Assembly (NCBI RefSeq): GCF_006345805.1 | Contig: NC_043015.1 | Coordinates: forward strand, 30,938,001-31,002,000 | DNA: 64,000 nucleotides | Source of the DNA: Octopus sinensis | Taxonomy: Eukaryota | Direction of reading: 5' to 3' | Shown here: piece by piece, positions 14,566 to 28,805 of the stretch | Position numbering within the stretch: the stretch's first letter is position 1 | How the letters are laid out: every line of letters begins with the position of its first letter | Program-made: the position numbers and the translations under genes | Notes under the pieces: model-generated | What the model saw: the letters and a program-made list of their open reading frames with translations, nothing else | Database searches by the model: none | What the model was told of the DNA's origin: nothing

Positions 14566-15092
14566 TATTACAGAAATAGTCGTGGTCTCATAAATACCAC
14601 TTGAAAATATCAATTGACATAACAGCAAGGCCAACAACATAATGATATTCTGTAAGTTAATATAGGAAATACAGTATATATTGCACCACACTCAAACACA
14701 TTGAGTAAATTACCCCCATCAGTTGTTAGCTGTTGGGACATTACATCCTTTAAAACTTCCTATGAGGTGACTAAAGCTTGCATGAAGTGCACCTGGTCCT
14801 AAAATACCGGCTTGGAAAACCACTCCAACTTATGCCAACATAGAAAAGCAGAAATAAAACTCTGCTGTGCTGAATATACATATTTACACACACACACATG
14901 TTTATGGATTTATTTTGCATGATTCCTAATTTGAAATCGTGTGTTGAAACAGATATTGTTCATATTTCAGGATGGTCATCGTTTTTTTTTTTATTGCCAA
15001 ATAAACACACGCACTATGTATTTATTTTTCTTCTTGTTATATATGACCACAATCAAATGAGTAAAACAAGTACAAGAGCAAAAGAATAAAAG

Positions 15093-15247
15093 ATATATAT
15101 ATGTGTGTGTGTGTATGTATATATATATATTATAATATGTGTGAGTGTGTATGTATATATATATTATATATATATAGATGTATATACATACATATATATA
15201 CATTATATATATAGATGTATATACATACATACATATATATATAGATG

Positions 15248-15279
<32 letters not shown>

Positions 15280-15327
15280 GATGTATATACATACATATAT
15301 ATACATACATACATATATATATAGATG

Positions 15328-15363
<36 letters not shown>

Positions 15364-15372
15364 CATACATAC

Positions 15373-15402
<30 letters not shown>
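15093..15402. repeat. TA/CA-derived minisatellite with recurring unit atatagatgtatatacatacat
   Basis: Direct inspection. Confidence 0.9.
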
Positions 15403-15403
<1 letters not shown>

Positions 15404-15473
15404 ATGATATAGAATCTCTATACAACCTCACCGCCCCTACCCCAGGACTAGGGAGATTGATATAGGGAACACA

Positions 15474-15730
15474 CTATAAATGATGAAAATAAGGAAAGCC
15501 GAGCGGGTTGGGAGTACTTGGGTGGAGGTGGCCCAGTTGGCTGCTCCCAGAAGGAAATGCCATTTTAGAAGCAGGAGAAAAAAACGCAGAGGGGGAGACA
15601 GCATGTCTGTAGGTCAGAGGTTGAAGTATGATTATGAACGAATTTAGGCCAATGAATCGAGCAGCCTTTTTTTGGATGTGTTCAAGGATGATTGTATGCA
15701 TAGAAGCATTGTCCTGGATGTAGGGGCTGG
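15474..15730 (-). mobile_element. Old LINE ORF2 C-terminal remnant
   Basis: LEHIQKKAARFIG...LQPLTYRHAVS resembles the LE.VQ.RA.R motif. Confidence 0.55.
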
Positions 15731-16030
15731 GTTTTAGTTGATTGTAGCAATCTCAGTAACCATTTCGTTCTCGTAGATGTATTCTAGCAATCCGTTTATC
15801 AAACAAACTGATTTTGGTGTAAAGGGAGGTAACTCTCGAAATAGCAGTTTACACAAATCCAATAGATATATGGCATCTTGTGCAGTTTTAGTTAATTTCA
15901 CTGACAAAACATTGGGCAACCTGAGTTTATAGTAGAGAACACTTGCTCAGGAATAAGGAGCACTCATATCAAAATCAGATCCATGTTGTTGCAAAACGAA
16001 CTTCTTACATATATACATACATACGTATAC

Positions 16031-16231
16031 CAGTGCTTTTCAAACTTTTTGCTGGAGCGGAACCCCAAAGAAACATTCCACTGGCTCGAGGAACCCCTGT
16101 GCAATAATTTAATAGTCTTATGCACACGTATCTGCACAGGAGAATTAAAAATTACTGCCGATTTTAGCAGTTTTGTAACTTCTTGCGGAACCCCTGGACT
16201 GTACTGGCGGAACCCTGGTTGAAAACCACTG
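16031..16231. mobile_element. hAT-type MITE
   Basis: TIRs cagtgcttttcaa / ttgaaaaccactg; 8-bp TSD acgtatac. Confidence 0.88.
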
Positions 16232-16507
16232 ACGTATACACACATGCACATACACAAATAAGCGACAGGTAGGAGAACAACAACCAAGGTATATTAATTT
16301 GACACCCTGGAAAAATGGAAAAGTCTTTGATGTTACGAGTCTAAACTCTTTGGCAGAAAGGAAGGAGGAAAGAAAATGAAGTGAGAATGGATGAAGTTCA
16401 CAAGAAGTTCAGAAGGTTAAGAAATTCAAAATATTTGAGAAGTCATGGTAGATTGGTATGATACAACTCAACAATAACATACAATAAGATCCATGATGGC
16501 AGAGTGG

Positions 16508-16812
16508 TGGAGGCACATGGCCTAGTGGTTAGAGCAGCGGACTCGCGGTCGAGGGATCGCGGGTTCGAATCTCAGACTGGGCGATGCGTGTGTGTTTATG
16601 AGCGAAACACCTAGGCTCCATGCGGCTCTGGTAGAAGGTAATGGCGAAACTTCTGCTGACTATCTCGCCACAACTTCCTCTCACTCTTTCCTCCTGCATC
16701 TTGCAGCTCACACCTGCGATGGACCGGCGTCCCGTCCAGGTGGGGAACCTATACACCAAGAAACTGGGAAACTGGCCCTTATGAGCCAGGCATGGCTTGA
16801 GAAGGAACAAAC
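16508..16812 (+). mobile_element. tRNA-derived SINE (related copy on - strand ~20765-21076)
   Basis: A box tggcctagtggttag and B box ggttcgaatctc. Confidence 0.8.
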
Positions 16813-17460
16813 ATGATGGTAGAGTCCGAGAAGCATAAAATCCCAATGGTAAAGTGGCTGAGGAGTGGTACCAAAGGAAAGATGAGGTGACCACATGAGC
16901 ATATATTATATATGGTTCAAATATACAAAAAAAAAAGACAGAGACAAGTAAAGGAACAACAAACAAGGTGTATTTGTTCGACGCTCCAGAAAATGGAAAA
17001 GTTTTTGACATTTCAAGACTAAACTCTTTGACAGAAAGGAACAAGACAACCAGGGAGAATGGAGTAAGTTCTTTTATTTTATTGATTTTACAATCATTTC
17101 TTTGAAGATCAATCTCATGTTCTTGAGATCAATTTTCAATGAAACAATTGTAAATCAATGAAATAAAATTGCAGAAACTCTTCTGATATTTGTGGATTTT
17201 CAGCAGTCTGGTAACCTAGACCTGTGGATGAGCTTCATAAGGTAAAGTGTACACCCAAATGAAATTACTATATATATGCATAAGTTATGAAACAGTGATG
17301 AGTGAAAATTCTGTAAACATAATTATAAGCTTAAGCATATAAGCGTACCCCGTATTTTGGCTATAGAAAATATGTCCCGATATTAGACTATTTTCTATAG
17401 CTAGTACATGGTGCATGCTTATAAACTTATGCATATAATTATATTTACAGAATACACTCA

Positions 17461-17678
17461 TGAGTGGGTGCTGAAAAGTTCCTAGCATTGGGTAAAAGAA
17501 AATAGAGGAGGATCAATTAATTATGGTTTTATTAAACATATTCTCCTCTCAGATTCACGTACTTATTGCAGCAGTCCTTCAGTTTTTCTATGCCCTGTAA
17601 AAGAACTTTCAAGGTTGGACCTCCAACCAAGGCTTCTGCAATATCCTTAAAGCCAAGAATCTTTCAGCATCCCCTCAT
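17461..17678. mobile_element. Tc1/mariner-type MITE (related partial copy ~36905-37100)
   Basis: Degenerate TIRs gagtgggtgctgaaaagttc / gaatctttcagcatcccctc. Confidence 0.65.
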
Positions 17679-19363
17679 ATATATATGTGTGATGATGCAG
17701 CATTATCTGTTACAGTTAGTTATATTTTTTGTATATCTTTTTATATACAAATACACAATATACACACACATATATAGATTAGGTCACTGATTAATAATAA
17801 TTGGCCTAACTTGTTAATTAGATAATTACCTTGATTATAGTAAATTATATAATTAGATACAGTGAATGGGAAATATAATTCTAGGCTTATATCTAACCGT
17901 CCCTGTGCTATAATTAATAACGATATTTAATTGTATTAGCATTGAGTTTGAATTGAGTTTAGAAGAGAAGAATATTTTAATCACTTGGAGAATGAACATC
18001 ATTGTGTGAATAATGCAGTGGGAGGTCAGTGATTTATTTCCACTCACCATTACTGTGGAACAAGATGACTGGGCATGGTTGGATTAGAGCCAGTGAAGGA
18101 CAACAACGATGGCTGTGAAAACAATGGGGCCTAGGAGACAAGCAAAGACAAACGGATTAAGTCAATTATATCAACCCCAGTGCATAACTGGTACTTATTT
18201 GATTGACCCCGAAAGGATGAAAGGCAAAGTCGACCTCGGCGGAATTTGAACTCAGAACGTAAATAGAAAAAAGACAACTGCTCTTCCTCAAAGTAATAAA
18301 AAAATTTTTTTTATTAACTTCTCTGTGTTGTTGTAGTAGTTTCTGTTGTTATTAAGTCTCTGTAATGCACTCGAGTCTTGTATACAATAAATTTATTATA
18401 TTATATTCCTCCAACCAGCCCAACAACCAACCTGACCAGATATCATTGACACAGACATAACCAATGAAAGCATTGTTATCTCTACATTACTGATTCCCAA
18501 AGTGGGGCAGATGATCTAATGTTAGGGCCGGGAAAAATTGTGGTGAGGCAAGGGATCCAAATTTTTTTTTTCTTAACGGGACATAGAATTGTGAAAATCT
18601 TATTTTTTACAGCAAACATACAATATACCCAGCCTAGCCAAACATACTGTGTGAAGACTGTTTGCTACAGTATACAGCTATTCTAATGCTCTAGTGTGGA
18701 TATTTCTTTAAGGAAAGTATATATATTTCTTTATTGCCCACAAGGGGCTAAACACAGAGGGGACAAACAAGGACAAACAAACGGATTAAGTCGATTACAT
18801 CGACCCCAGTGCGTAACTAGTACTTAATTTATCGACCCCGAAAGGATGAAAGGCAAAGTCGACCTCAGCGGTACTTGAACCCAGAACGTAATGGCAGATG
18901 AAATACAGCTACGCATTTCGCCCGGCGTGCTAACGTTTCTGCCAGAAAAGTAATATAATTAAGAAATATTGAAGATAAAGTTGTTTTTACCCCAGTCACT
19001 GGTGGGGCATACGTTTTTTCTGGGGGAAAATAGGTTGAAAAACCTGCTCTACATCTTAGCTGTGATTATCTAAGATGGAAGGGTATGAGTAGAGAGGGAT
19101 TTAGCTGTTATTTCTTGAAAGTTATGTGATCATACACAGGCTTTCTTGTTGGTTAGATTTCTACAAGGTTACTGCAGCACACCAGTGGAATGTCCAACAA
19201 AATGACTGGCTGATTGGATTAGAGTTACTGCCTGGCCCACAGATGTACTGTGCTCCCACTGTGACTTTTCTTAACCCTCTACTGCAGGCTATGCTGCTAG
19301 AAACAAGCTGATCTCATACTAACCACCATCCAACTTGCTAGTCTCTCTTCTGTCACCCATTCT

Positions 19364-19599
19364 TATTTCTTTATTGCCCACACGGGGCTAAACACAGAGA
19401 TGACAAACAAGGACAGACAAATGGATTAAGTCGATTACATCGACCCCAGTGCGTAACTAGTACTCAATTTACCGACCCCGAAAGGATGAAAGGCAAAGTC
19501 GACCTCGGCGGAATTTGAACTCAGAACGTAACGACAGAAGAAATACCGCTAAGCATCTCGCCAGGTGTGTTAACGTTTCTGCCATCTCGCCGCCTTTCT
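19364..19599 (-). mobile_element. SINE with Meta-domain-like core and 13-bp TSD; related copies 3203-3430, 7450-7815, 18724-18945, 41667-41868
   Basis: Core gtcgactttgcctttcatcctttcggggtcg. TSD tgtcacccattct at 19351-19363 and 19600-19612. Confidence 0.82.
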
Positions 19600-22500
19600 T
19601 GTCACCCATTCTGTCTCTTCTCACAGGTTCAGCTTTTGCCACCAAAGCTACATATTCTCTGGTGTGTTCAGTGAGTGAGTGCTACACACCCACCAGAGTT
19701 TGTAAATTTTCTAAATAATAATAATACCGTTAGAGTATCTTGATATTTTCTGGTCATAAATTTGGTTCCAAATTTAGTAATGCACTTAAGAAACATTAAA
19801 ATTAAGTCAGGCTCAATTCGATATGTTAAAACACACTGTAGATATAGTTGTTTTACAGTATGTGTATCAGAATTGCTATATAGTTCGTCGGAAATACTAT
19901 CGTTCAAGCAATTAGTAAAACAAAAACTTTTTTGAAAGATATCTGTAAATGCAAGTTAGACAAGGGAGATAACTCGTATTGATTGAAAGTTTTGGGCCAA
20001 TCTACAGTGTTCCTCAACCTCCACTATTTCGATTTCACACACACACACACACAATTCCCTACCACGAGTGGACATTGTGTATATTTATCTAAAAAAGTTT
20101 TAATTAAAACTTTATTGTAACTCTATTATAAGTTTTATTTTGTTACTACCTTATGCTCCTCCCCGAAGTAACTAAAATATGGTAATGCCTCACCTTGAGT
20201 AACACTAATATAGATAAACAATGTATCAGGGTGGGTTTGGTCTTTACAGCCATGCGGTGAAAGTCCTATTCTAAATTGAATAATAATTTAAGAGAATTAT
20301 AAATTTAGAATACAATTGCAGCGTGGAAGGTGTTTGTAAGCCATTAAGAAACACACAAAAGCCGTTCGATAAACTTAAACTTAAATGTTGAAGTGAATCG
20401 AACGGCTTTTGTGTGTTTCTTAAATGGCTTACAAACACCTTCCACGCTGCAATTGTTTTCGTTCCAGCACACGATCTCAGATCAAATTACTTGCTATGCA
20501 AGTACATCTCCGTAATTTAGAATAAAAAAAAGAAAAAAAATATATTTGCATACACTGGACCAAGGGAGGTAACTTCACTGAACACATTTTTTCCAACCAT
20601 TGAAAGTTCCTCGTTTTTGTAGGAATCTTTTGATTCCTGGTTTCTTTGAACAGAGTTTGGTGTCCTTCATCAAGACTAGTTGACACAACGTACTCACGCA
20701 CATGTTTAGTGGTACATATATAGGATAATAGAACTCAAAACATGAGTATATATGTTTGATAGGTGCATTATTCTTTTATCCGCCCTTTTCAAACCTAGCC
20801 AGGCTCATTGGGCCCGGTTTGCCGGTTTCTGTGGCGTATGTGTTCCCCGCCAGCTGGACGGGACGCCAGTCCATCGCAGCGTTACTCAAGAAACAGGAAG
20901 AGAGAGTGAGAGAAAGTTGGGGCGAAAGAGTACAACAGGGGTCGTCATCCACCCCCTGCTGGAACCTCGTGAAGCTTTAGGTGTTTTCACTCAATAAACA
21001 TATACAACGCCCGGTCTGGGAATCGAAACCACGAGACATAATCATTGCCCTAACCACTGGGCCATTGCGCCTCCACGATAGGTGCATGCCATACACGAAA
21101 CTCTCGGGTCTTGAATTACTTTGAAACTTCTAAGGACTGGAATTTTGGGGAGAGAGTTAGTGGATAAATAGATACCAATGGCAGCTGAGGGTTAACGGGA
21201 TAGATATTTATTCAAGTGAGTCTGAATAGCGGTGTTGCTTTGCGTGCCAGAATGTACGGTCAGTGACTGGGCAGTGTGGAAAATGAGTTAGCACGTACAT
21301 GAGCACGAGAGTGTATAGATGAGTGCAGGTGCACGTATCAAAATTCACTGCAAAATAAGCTCAGGTGAGCGAGTGAGTGTATTCTCAAGCCACGATATCG
21401 AAGAGCTTCCTGCAGGATTAGCAGTGTGTGAAATGCCTCGAAGGTTTTTCAGAAGTAAAATGTGTCGGGTGTTGTTGTCGTGGTTAATTGCTGAGGTTAG
21501 CAAGAACAACAGTGTAGCATGCTGGGGTGATGCACAAGACAGATAATTTTCTCCATTCATTACGTGACCAAATAGGGGTCTAACAGAGGGCAATTATGTC
21601 TAAGCATGAGCATAGAGCATGTGAGTATCTGACGTGCATTGAGTCGGGAAAAGAGTTGAGCAGTCACAGACGTGTTGAAAAACAAGGCAGTAGAGGCATA
21701 ACAGAGTTGCATGTGCATGTGTGTGCAAGACCAGGCAGTGTGGTAGTACATTGATTACAAATGCAGGGTACAGTGTTGAATATGCCAGTAATTAAGGCAG
21801 TGCTGAATATGCCAGGCGGTGCATGAAGTGTTAAATGCCTTGAAATGTGCAGGAGCAAAAGTGTGACACGCTGGTGCATTGCAAGGGACAAACAACTTTC
21901 TCTGTGTATACGTGACTGAGCTAGGGCCTTACAGAGGCAAGCTGCGTCTACAAGGCCACAGGGAGCATGGAAAACAAGCGAGAAAGGTATGTGGGGTGCA
22001 TGAATGTGAGAGTGTTAGCATGTGTGTTTGTGTGTAACAATACAAACATTTCCAAAATGAAAGAAAAAAAAGTACATGCAAAATATGAATAATAATATAG
22101 AACATTCCAAAAGATATGCACATGAATTTAGTTGTTTTAGTAAAATGAGTCGTTGCGGAATTTGTGTAACTCGTAAACAAATGAAAGTGTGCAGTGCATA
22201 CAGAACAGAATAAAATAAGCAAAAATGACAAACTTAGCTGGAAAATAGTGTTCTTTCTTAAAAGTCTATTGCTGAAAGTGAAAAAAAAAATGTGCATGCA
22301 AAGGAAGAGTTGCTGAGAGCCTATATGAGTCTTAAATTCATGCAAAAGTTCGCAGAGAATGCAGGGTCTATTTGTTGGGATGAGACGAAAAGCACGTGGG
22401 TAAAAATGTTGCAGGTGCGGGCTTCCATATTTTCTTCCAGTTAGTTTCTGGGCATGTAGCTGTCGAAACGATGCATTTATTGGCTTCCATAGTGAGCAAA

Positions 22501-23878
22501 TTCTTTGTGCCTCACCAGTGTTGCACTGTTGTGAAGTGCATCGTAAATTGCATTGCAGTATAGTGCTTTCTGTTGTGCATACTGCAACAAGTGGAACGAG
22601 GGTGCATCTTGGAGGCCACAATGGTTGTTATTCTTTTTTTAAGGTTTAGCAACTGTTGGTATGAAGATTGTAGTTCTTTAGTTGGAAGTCAGCAAAATGT
22701 ATCGGAATGTAGCATTAGAAAGTAGCAATCGTTTTTAGACAGGTTCACCAATTGTAATCGAAGGATGTGACAACTGTTCATGCGGAGGCTGCACTTCTTT
22801 AACTTGGGGTTACCAATGTAACAGCAAACATTTATTGCAACAGAATGTTGTAAGGTGTGAAAGATGAAAGAAGAACAGTGATTGAAGTTGTAAAGAAATA
22901 TTTATTTATCGGTACTTTGTATATGTCCAAAACCATGACAGGTTGGTATGTATAACTAGTAAATGGAAAAGCATGCGACGTAAAAAGAGTTAATTTCAGT
23001 CGGTATGTGTACACAATCTCATAGTAGTATATATAGAGAGAGATGGTAATGTTACAGAGAAAAGAAAGTGATTTAGTGAGAATGGTGGGATGAAACAACT
23101 GCTTCATTGGTGAGTTACCATAGTTGTCCCTTTGTGCCTTTTCCTTTAGAGATGGTATTTTGTTCAGCCGGTCAGCCAAACTCGGTTCTCACTAACTGGT
23201 TTTGGCATATGGAGTTCTTCCTTTTATAACTATCCAAAACCAGCCAGGAGGATAGACATATTGTGGAGAGCAATAGATTTTGTTGGTGGTCTGTTATCTC
23301 TATTCTAGCTTTTGATGGCCTAGAAGAAGTTAGAAGGGTCAAGTGGCAAAGACACAATTCCACTTAGCAAAGGCATCTGGCAAATGTAACTGCTGTCACT
23401 CACAGAAAATCCATTGTTTTACCACAAGAAAAGTGCTATTCATGCCTGCATGAAGCCACTACACACATACATACACACATATATATATATAGTATCTCAC
23501 AGAAGTATGTACACCCCTAAAATATTTCAGTAAAATTGCCATTACTCTGATAATATCAAAGGAAATCAAATGAAATTTATACTGAATAAAATATATTATA
23601 TATGCAAATATTTTACAAATTTGGAACACAAGACAATAAACATTTTCAAAGATATGAATGAAATATTAATTTTCAAACGTTACAAAAATATGTACACCCT
23701 AAAGGAAATTTGCTACAGTCAATCTTTTATCCACTTTTTTTTTTATTAAATTCAGAAATTGCTGATAATTTCAATTCTAATAAACTATTTCTCCTGGCAT
23801 TTTTGCACCAGTCATTGTTATTGCATCTGCAGCAATTCCGAATTGTGTACCGTGGTGAAAATCTTCATTATCATTAAA

Positions 23879-25062
23879 ATGGCACCAAAAGGAATAGAAT
23901 TGTCTGAAGATTTGAAGAAAATTATTTTTAATTCGCACAAGAATGGTTTAGCATACAAATTAATTAGCAAACGAATACATATTAGCATAAACACAATTAC
24001 CAAAGTAATTCAGAAGTACAAAAGTACTGGACGGTCAAGCAATAAACATCGTCCAGGTTGTCCTTGTATTTTAACTACGTCTGATATTTGCCACATCCAA
24101 TGTAGCGTGATGGACGACAGGTGTTGTACCGCTTCATCTTTGGCCCAAGATGCATCTTCTGTTAGTGGAAAGAGTGTATCTGCTCAAACAGTTCACTGAA
24201 GCTTGAACCAGTGTGGTCTTTACGTCCACATTCCTCGTAGGAAGCTTCTCCTTACTACCAGGCATAAATCAAATCATCTTTCTTTTGCCAAAACCAATGT
24301 GAGTAAAGGGAAGGAGCTTTTGAATAAAATTCTTTTTTCTGACGAGACTAAAATCAACTTGTTTGGGTCAGATAGTATCAAACGAGTATGACAACGACCA
24401 AGAGAAGATAATAGCAACAAATGCACTGTGCCTACTGTGAAACACGGTGGAGGAAGTACTATGCTTTGAGGATGGTGACCGGTAATAAAGTCACAGTAAT
24501 AAGGTCACAATTTTGGCTAGGAAAGAAAGTCACAATTAATTTATGGGATCCAGACAAAACCAACCCTGGACAAAACCTCTGTGACTTTATTACTGACTTT
24601 TTCCTGTGGCTTTTTACCTGGATTCTTGGGGATGCATGGTCACAGCTGGTGTGGGAGAATTCACATTTATTGAGAGAACAATGGATTCAAGGCTTTATTG
24701 TGACATACTGCAGAAAACAATGTTGGAAAGCATCAAAGAACTAGGAAGGCATTCAATGTTCCAACATGATAATGACCCAAAACACACTTCAAAGATGACG
24801 ACTAAGTTTTTATCAGATAAAAAGGTAAAAGCATTGCCTTGGCCTACCGTGTCACCTGATTAAGACCCAATAGAATATCTGTGGAGTGTTTTGAAAAGGA
24901 AGGTTGAAGAGAAAAAAAAATGTGCAATGTAACACAGTTGAAAGATATTATTCAGGATGAATGGAGGTCGATTTCATCGGTCATATGTGGAAATTTAGTC
25001 AACTCTATGCCCAGAAGACTTAATGCAGTCATTGAAAGCAAGGACAGTCACACCAAATATTG
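23879..25062 (+). pseudogene. Tc1 transposase pseudogene
   Basis: Several in-frame stops, a frameshift near 24920, and an insertion at ~24469-24625. Confidence 0.9.
24469..24625. mobile_element. Small MITE-like insertion inside the Tc1 transposase
   Basis: Splits GGGSTML|WGCM. Repeated aa(a/g)gtcaca at the left end and inverted tg(a/g)cttt repeats at the right end; possible TTG duplication. Confidence 0.75.
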
Positions 25063-26199
25063 GATACAGCAAATAATCCTTTAGGCTATATATATTTTTG
25101 TATTATTTGAAAATTAATATTTAGTTCATATATTTGAAAATGTTTGCTTTGTGTTACAAATTTGTATAATGTTTGCATGTATATTATATTTTATTCAGTA
25201 TAAATTTCATTTGATTTTCTTTGATATTATCAGAGTAATGGCAATTTTACTTCATGGAGGAGATGATGAGTGAATGCAACAGGTGATAAAACACTGTTTG
25301 TTGCAGAAGATGCATCCATTGCATGCAAGCATGGAAAAGTGAATATAAAATGATGATAGTAAATGTAGAGTTATGTGTAAACCATAAAAGTCAAGAGGTA
25401 TGAGATGTGAATGTATTTATTTAACCACTTGACATCTTTAGGGTTATGGCCATCTTGCAACCTTCTTCATGTAGTATTAATTTAAGTGTGGAAAAAATTA
25501 TGCTTACATGTTTGCATTAATATGCATGTGTGGCATTATGCAATTGTATATCCACAAACCAATGCAAATAATGGAAGCTAGCTCATCAGATCATCGGAAC
25601 ATTATGGTTATATCGATCTCACTCGTCATACGAGCAACATTGTTTTTGGTCTTTCATGGAAAGAATATGGGGAAACAGGTGAGAATTGGCAACATGAAGG
25701 GTGTCTAGTTATAGACAAATCTGTTGTAACAAATTCTAACTGATTCATGCAAACATGGATAAGTGGACGTTAAATGATGATGATGATGATGACACACATG
25801 AAAATATCCCCATCACCCAAACATGAGCAGATCACAATCATAACCTTTGAGGTTGCTCCATATGAACACTTAATCCCACTGTTTGTGAGGATCTCTTGTA
25901 GCAAATGCATCCTCAATATAGCAAAGCTGCAGCTCAAAGACTGGCCCCCCTTTTTTGGAATTTCAAAGTACTTCAGTCTTTAACAACTTCTAACCCTTTA
26001 TAAAGCATAGGTGAAACTCACAAGGCTCTCACATTTTGTATGGTGCTGCTATTGTACATACAGACATCTTAAATTGTATCCAAAAACAGCCACCCAACTG
26101 ATTGTCACGAAGCCACTGACAAACACACTCCAACCCCAGACTCACAGACATGCTGTCCCTTCTTTCCATGTATATGAAACGAAAATACTAACAACAAAA

Positions 26200-27480
26200 C
26201 AAACAAAATACGACGGAAACAAAAGGCAAAAATAGAAACGAAAATGTGTTAAACGTGTTTGATAAAAGTTTACTTATAAATATTTACAATTAATTTCATG
26301 GTCAGAACTAATTTAAATTTCATTATACATGACCCATTGTTAATGTACTGGACTTTAGCCAGTTTGTCGTTTTGACAACAGAAACTGAAGCATTAAAAAA
26401 CTGCCACGTTCGCCTGAAAACAGGCCGCATTCACTTCTGACTGTAATATGCAGTCAAGCGAAACTGCTAATGTATACCACACGAAGGATTTGCCATCGTT
26501 CTTGGTAAGTTTCGACGATGCTATTATTACCCATTGTTAAAAAAAATGTGATCTTTCACACACGTATGTATATACGCTGGTATAAAAACATTTGGTTTTG
26601 TTTTGCTTTAAATAAATCCAGGACGACAAAGACGGGATTTTTCAAGCAACACCGGAAAAGCCTAAACGTAGCTTGCTTGCATGGTAGCCATTGTTGTTAG
26701 CAGTTCTTTTATCGGAGTTGGATTTTACCAACTTCATGCTTATTATTATTGCATTTCTAAAATCTGATTAAAAAAATTGTAATAAAACTCGGTAGAATTA
26801 ATGCTATTTAACGAAGAAATCATTGTTACTGGAAGATAACATTTTGATCGCATCCCCCGCCCTAGTTCTATGTACAATATTAAATGGTTTTTACAATAAA
26901 TATCGAAAAAAAAAAGTTAATTCTTTTGGTAAATTGGGTACAAATTCCGCAATTTCTCCGTGTTGAAGAGAACAAAAAACTTGTTATCAGCAGATTCGAG
27001 TTCGAATGGAAAACTGCTCAAAAGACGGTTAGTTCGTAATATGAAGGTTTATAATAAAACTCCCGCCACGATCGACCCTTTGTTATTATTAAATTTCACA
27101 AAATAGTTTACCAATACCGACAAAATCGATTGGACGTTGGATAAAAATGCTTGAACTATTTAGTCACGGCCTATTACTGAATTTATATCCCGCCTTCCAT
27201 CATTCTTCCGCGGTTGATGAAATAAAGTCCTAAACGAGTACAGAAGTTGATTTAATATTTCTATAAAGCGACTCAGCACTGAATAGAATTAATAATAGTA
27301 GACTACAACTAATTAAAGTGAATTTCGACATACATGTATGTTACAATTACCATAAAACATGTCATGGTAGCTTACAGTTTTTTCTTTGCAACCGAAGAGA
27401 ACACTGGGAAATAAGATTTGGACGGGGTTACTGTGTGTCTTTCTCTCTTTATTACGTAAATTACCCACCGTTTGTCACAG
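26200..27480. promoter_or_regulatory. Repeat-free, relatively CpG-rich segment; likely promoter and non-coding first exon of the zinc-finger gene
   Basis: More CG dinucleotides than the flanks, no SINEs, + strand donor CTTG|GTAAGT at 26504/26505, about 2 kb upstream of the CDS. Confidence 0.4.
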
Positions 27481-27990
27481 GTTGCATAATAATAATAAAA
27501 TTATAGAACTGTTTCAGAAATGATGACTGTGGAAAAGCACAGGACTGCAGTTTCCACAATGACAAAACTGCAAGCTGTTTCTGGCCTCAACTTGGAGGGA
27601 GGAAAAAAAATAATAATAAAAGAAGGGAAAAGAAACACATAAGACATTAATCTTTTACTTGTTTCAGTCATTTGACTGTGGCCATGCTGGAGCACCGCCT
27701 TTAGTCGAGCAAAGTGATCCCAGGACTTATTCTTTGTAAGCCTAGTACTTATTCTATCGGTCTCTTTTGCCGAACCGCTAAGTGACAGGGACATAAACAC
27801 ACCAGCATAGGTTGTCAAGCGATGTTGGGGGGGTCAAATACACAGACACACACACACACACACACACTATTCTTATAAACTCTCACTCAGTAACTGCAGT
27901 GAATTTACTTTTAGAAGTTGAAATATGTCACAAACATATTTTAACTAAAGTTTGCTGATGTCTAAACACTGCTTGGTGCTGATACAACTG

Positions 27991-28029
<39 letters not shown>

Positions 28030-28105
28030 CACATATATATCTCTCTTTTTATTTCTCTTACTCTCTTTCTCTCTCTCGCACACACAGAGTATGTCTATCT
28101 ATCTA

Positions 28106-28148
<43 letters not shown>

Positions 28149-28805
28149 CCTTACCTTCGAAATGCGGAGCAGATGAAACAGGGGCAACTGAAGAAGGGGA
28201 ATATTCCTTGTGTTGTATGTCTTGTACTCTGTTTTTATTTTTATTGTTTGAAATAAAGTTCGTTTCTATGTTTTTGCTTTTATGTTTTCGTTTCTCATTG
28301 TGTTCAACATTTTTTGATGTCCTGTACCATATATGCATGTATATATACATATATATGTAGGTATGTACATATATGTATGTATTTATGCATATATTAATAT
28401 ATTATTTATATTATTATATGTATGTATAGATATATAGTCAAATTTGAACATTAATAACCGAACATTAAAAATAGCAAATAAGAAAACGACAAGAGGATGT
28501 AGATATGGAATGTATTAAATTAGACCCTTTTCTCGCATGCATTGTACACATGCCTATATAATACTTATTTGTGTATATATCTTTTCAGGTCTGTTATTGA
28601 CAAATCTTTCAAGTTCCTGTATTGAAATGGAGCAACACTATGTCGGAGAAGTTCTATGGAAACAGTAGAAATAAAGTTGATGCTTTTATCTCTTATACAG
28701 ACTCAAATAAAAATGATTTATAGAATTTATGGTAACTTCCTTTGGTAGAGAGATATTGTGAAAAATATTGTAAGTCATATCTAGTCTCTATAGACTGTAT
28801 CAAAT

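Larger units (their letters stand above)
23491..25251 (+). mobile_element. Decayed Tc1-family (DD34E) transposon with IR/DR-type long inverted repeats
   Basis: Left IR ~23491-23706 with the repeat aa(g/a)tatgtacaccc at both ends. Right IR ~25077-25251 lacks its outer end. The transposase begins at ATG 23879 (MAPKGIELSEDLKK) and has FSDETK, VKHGGG, FQHDNDPKH and SPD*DPIE, with 34 residues between D2 and E. Confidence 0.93.

Noticed and set aside
14991-15431. Regularly spaced repeats resembling a CRISPR array, and Tyr/Ile-rich ORFs
   Set aside because: TA/CA minisatellite with no unique spacers, no cas genes and a eukaryotic context.
16508-16585. Possible tRNA gene
   Set aside because: The tRNA-like head continues into a SINE body that has another copy; no proper acceptor stem.
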